Shown here: positions 63,254 through 64,000 of the stretch, in pieces
How the letters are laid out: every line of letters starts with the position of its first letter
Position numbering within the stretch: the first letter of the stretch is position 1
Source of the DNA: Candidatus Aminicenantes bacterium
Lineage (GTDB): Bacteria > Acidobacteriota > Aminicenantia > Aminicenantales > UBA8522
DNA length: 64,000 bases
Reading direction: 5' to 3'
NCBI GenBank assembly: GCA_963726335.1
Contig: CAVSCD010000015.1
Location: 203,790 to 267,789, forward strand
Made by a program: the position numbers and the translations under genes
Notes under the pieces: model-generated
Told to the model about the DNA's origin: nothing
The model's input: only the letters and a program-made list of their open reading frames with translations
Database searches by the model: none

Positions 63254-64000
63254 ATGACCAAGGCTGCCATGACTGCCGAAATCCATAAGGCCCTTTCTAT
63301 TGTCATACGGTGCTTAAAACGAGAGGGCTATGGAAGAATTCAGTACTTTCCTAAAGGTCGAGGCGGATACTTAGCCCACGAATTCTTAGTGCTGCGTTCT
63401 TTTTTACTGAAAGATAATGTCAGTCTCTTTAGGACGTCGGGCCTGCACGCGGTCTATGAGAGATTGATGCGCGGTGTCTATCCGAAGCTCTATGATCTCT
63501 ATGGGCTTTTCTTCCGCTGTGAGGAGTCTCCTCTGGCGGTTTTCCGCAAGTTCTTCGATCAAGATGAGATCGATCTCCTGAGAAGGGATGGCCTCCTCGC
63601 GTGCGCCGACGAACGATGCCGCAGCCGTTATCGATTTGTTCCCGTTGATGACCTGATGATGATCAGCAGCCCCGATAGTGATGCCGCTGATCCCGATTAT
63701 CTTCCCATTGAAGGCGATGCGGTCATTTTATGGCACTGGCTCAAGAGATCGCTGGACAAACCGGCGAAGGACGCGCTGGAGATCGGCTGCGGCACGGGCT
63801 TTCTGTCAATCTGGATGGCACGGATTGCACACACCGTGACCGCGACCGATATCAATGAGCGGGCACTGGAATTGACCCGATGGAATGCCGGAATTAACGG
63901 GATTGAAAACGTGCTGACTCTGAAATCGGATGTCTACTCTGATGTCCGGGGAAAATTCGACCTGATCCTTGCCAACCCGCCGTTTATATTTCTTCCGCAC
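63254..64000 (+). CDS. class I SAM-dependent methyltransferase (MTS/HemK-like, NPPF motif) with an unassigned ~150-aa N-terminal region; truncated by the window end
   Basis: Absent from the ORF track because it has no stop. My translation from ATG 63254 is open to 64000: MTKAAMTAEIHKAL ... ALEIGCGTGFLSIWMA (motif I) ... FDLILANPPFIFLPH (motif IV). Local G+C is much lower than the window average. Confidence 0.6.
   Translation, partial: MTKAAMTAEIHKALSIVIRCLKREGYGRIQYFPKGRGGYLAHEFLVLRSFLLKDNVSLFRTSGLHAVYERLMRGVYPKLYDLYGLFFRCEESPLAVFRKFFDQDEIDLLRRDGLLACADERCRSRYRFVPVDDLMMISSPDSDAADPDYLPIEGDAVILWHWLKRSLDKPAKDALEIGCGTGFLSIWMARIAHTVTATDINERALELTRWNAGINGIENVLTLKSDVYSDVRGKFDLILANPPFIFLPH

Overview
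GC-rich bacterial chromosomal segment. Single 60-nt lines I hand-counted in ordinary genes reach about 75% G+C. Pockets fall to about 52% at 49.6-52.4 kb and about 40% at 63.3 kb. Gene content indicates a diderm bacterium; I cannot assign a lineage from sequence alone.

Most of the window is recognisable housekeeping:
- corC'-ybeY-pgpH-phoH
- sat-cysC followed by three nucleotide-sugar genes
- hypCDE, with hypF 34 kb away
- uppS-cdsA-dxr-rseP-ispG
- tonB-exbB-exbD
- ychF-tgt-yajC-secD-secF
- lepB, recD2, fabH, queH and one tRNA-Arg(CCT)

Four things stand out:
1. A 7.7-kb minus-strand cassette (4079-11788) encodes about 2,200 aa of protein I cannot assign to any family. It ends in an ATP-grasp module and is translationally coupled to a second, RimK-like ATP-grasp gene.
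2. Five copies of one interspersed intergenic element family of about 200-300 nt. The conserved core is closed by long helices whose sequences differ between copies but stay complementary within each copy.
3. A contiguous cyclic-nucleotide cassette: CHASE2 cyclase, MBL-fold hydrolase and a cNMP-binding MscS channel, preceded by secreted SH3 and M48 proteins.
4. A low-GC two-gene islet abutting the tRNA 3' end, carrying a PaaK/CapK-like ligase and a TIGR01210/RaSEA-like radical SAM enzyme.

Caveat: at least ten otherwise well-conserved genes are broken by single-base frameshifts, about one per 6 kb. The assembly is probably indel-prone, so I do not read these as true pseudogenes.
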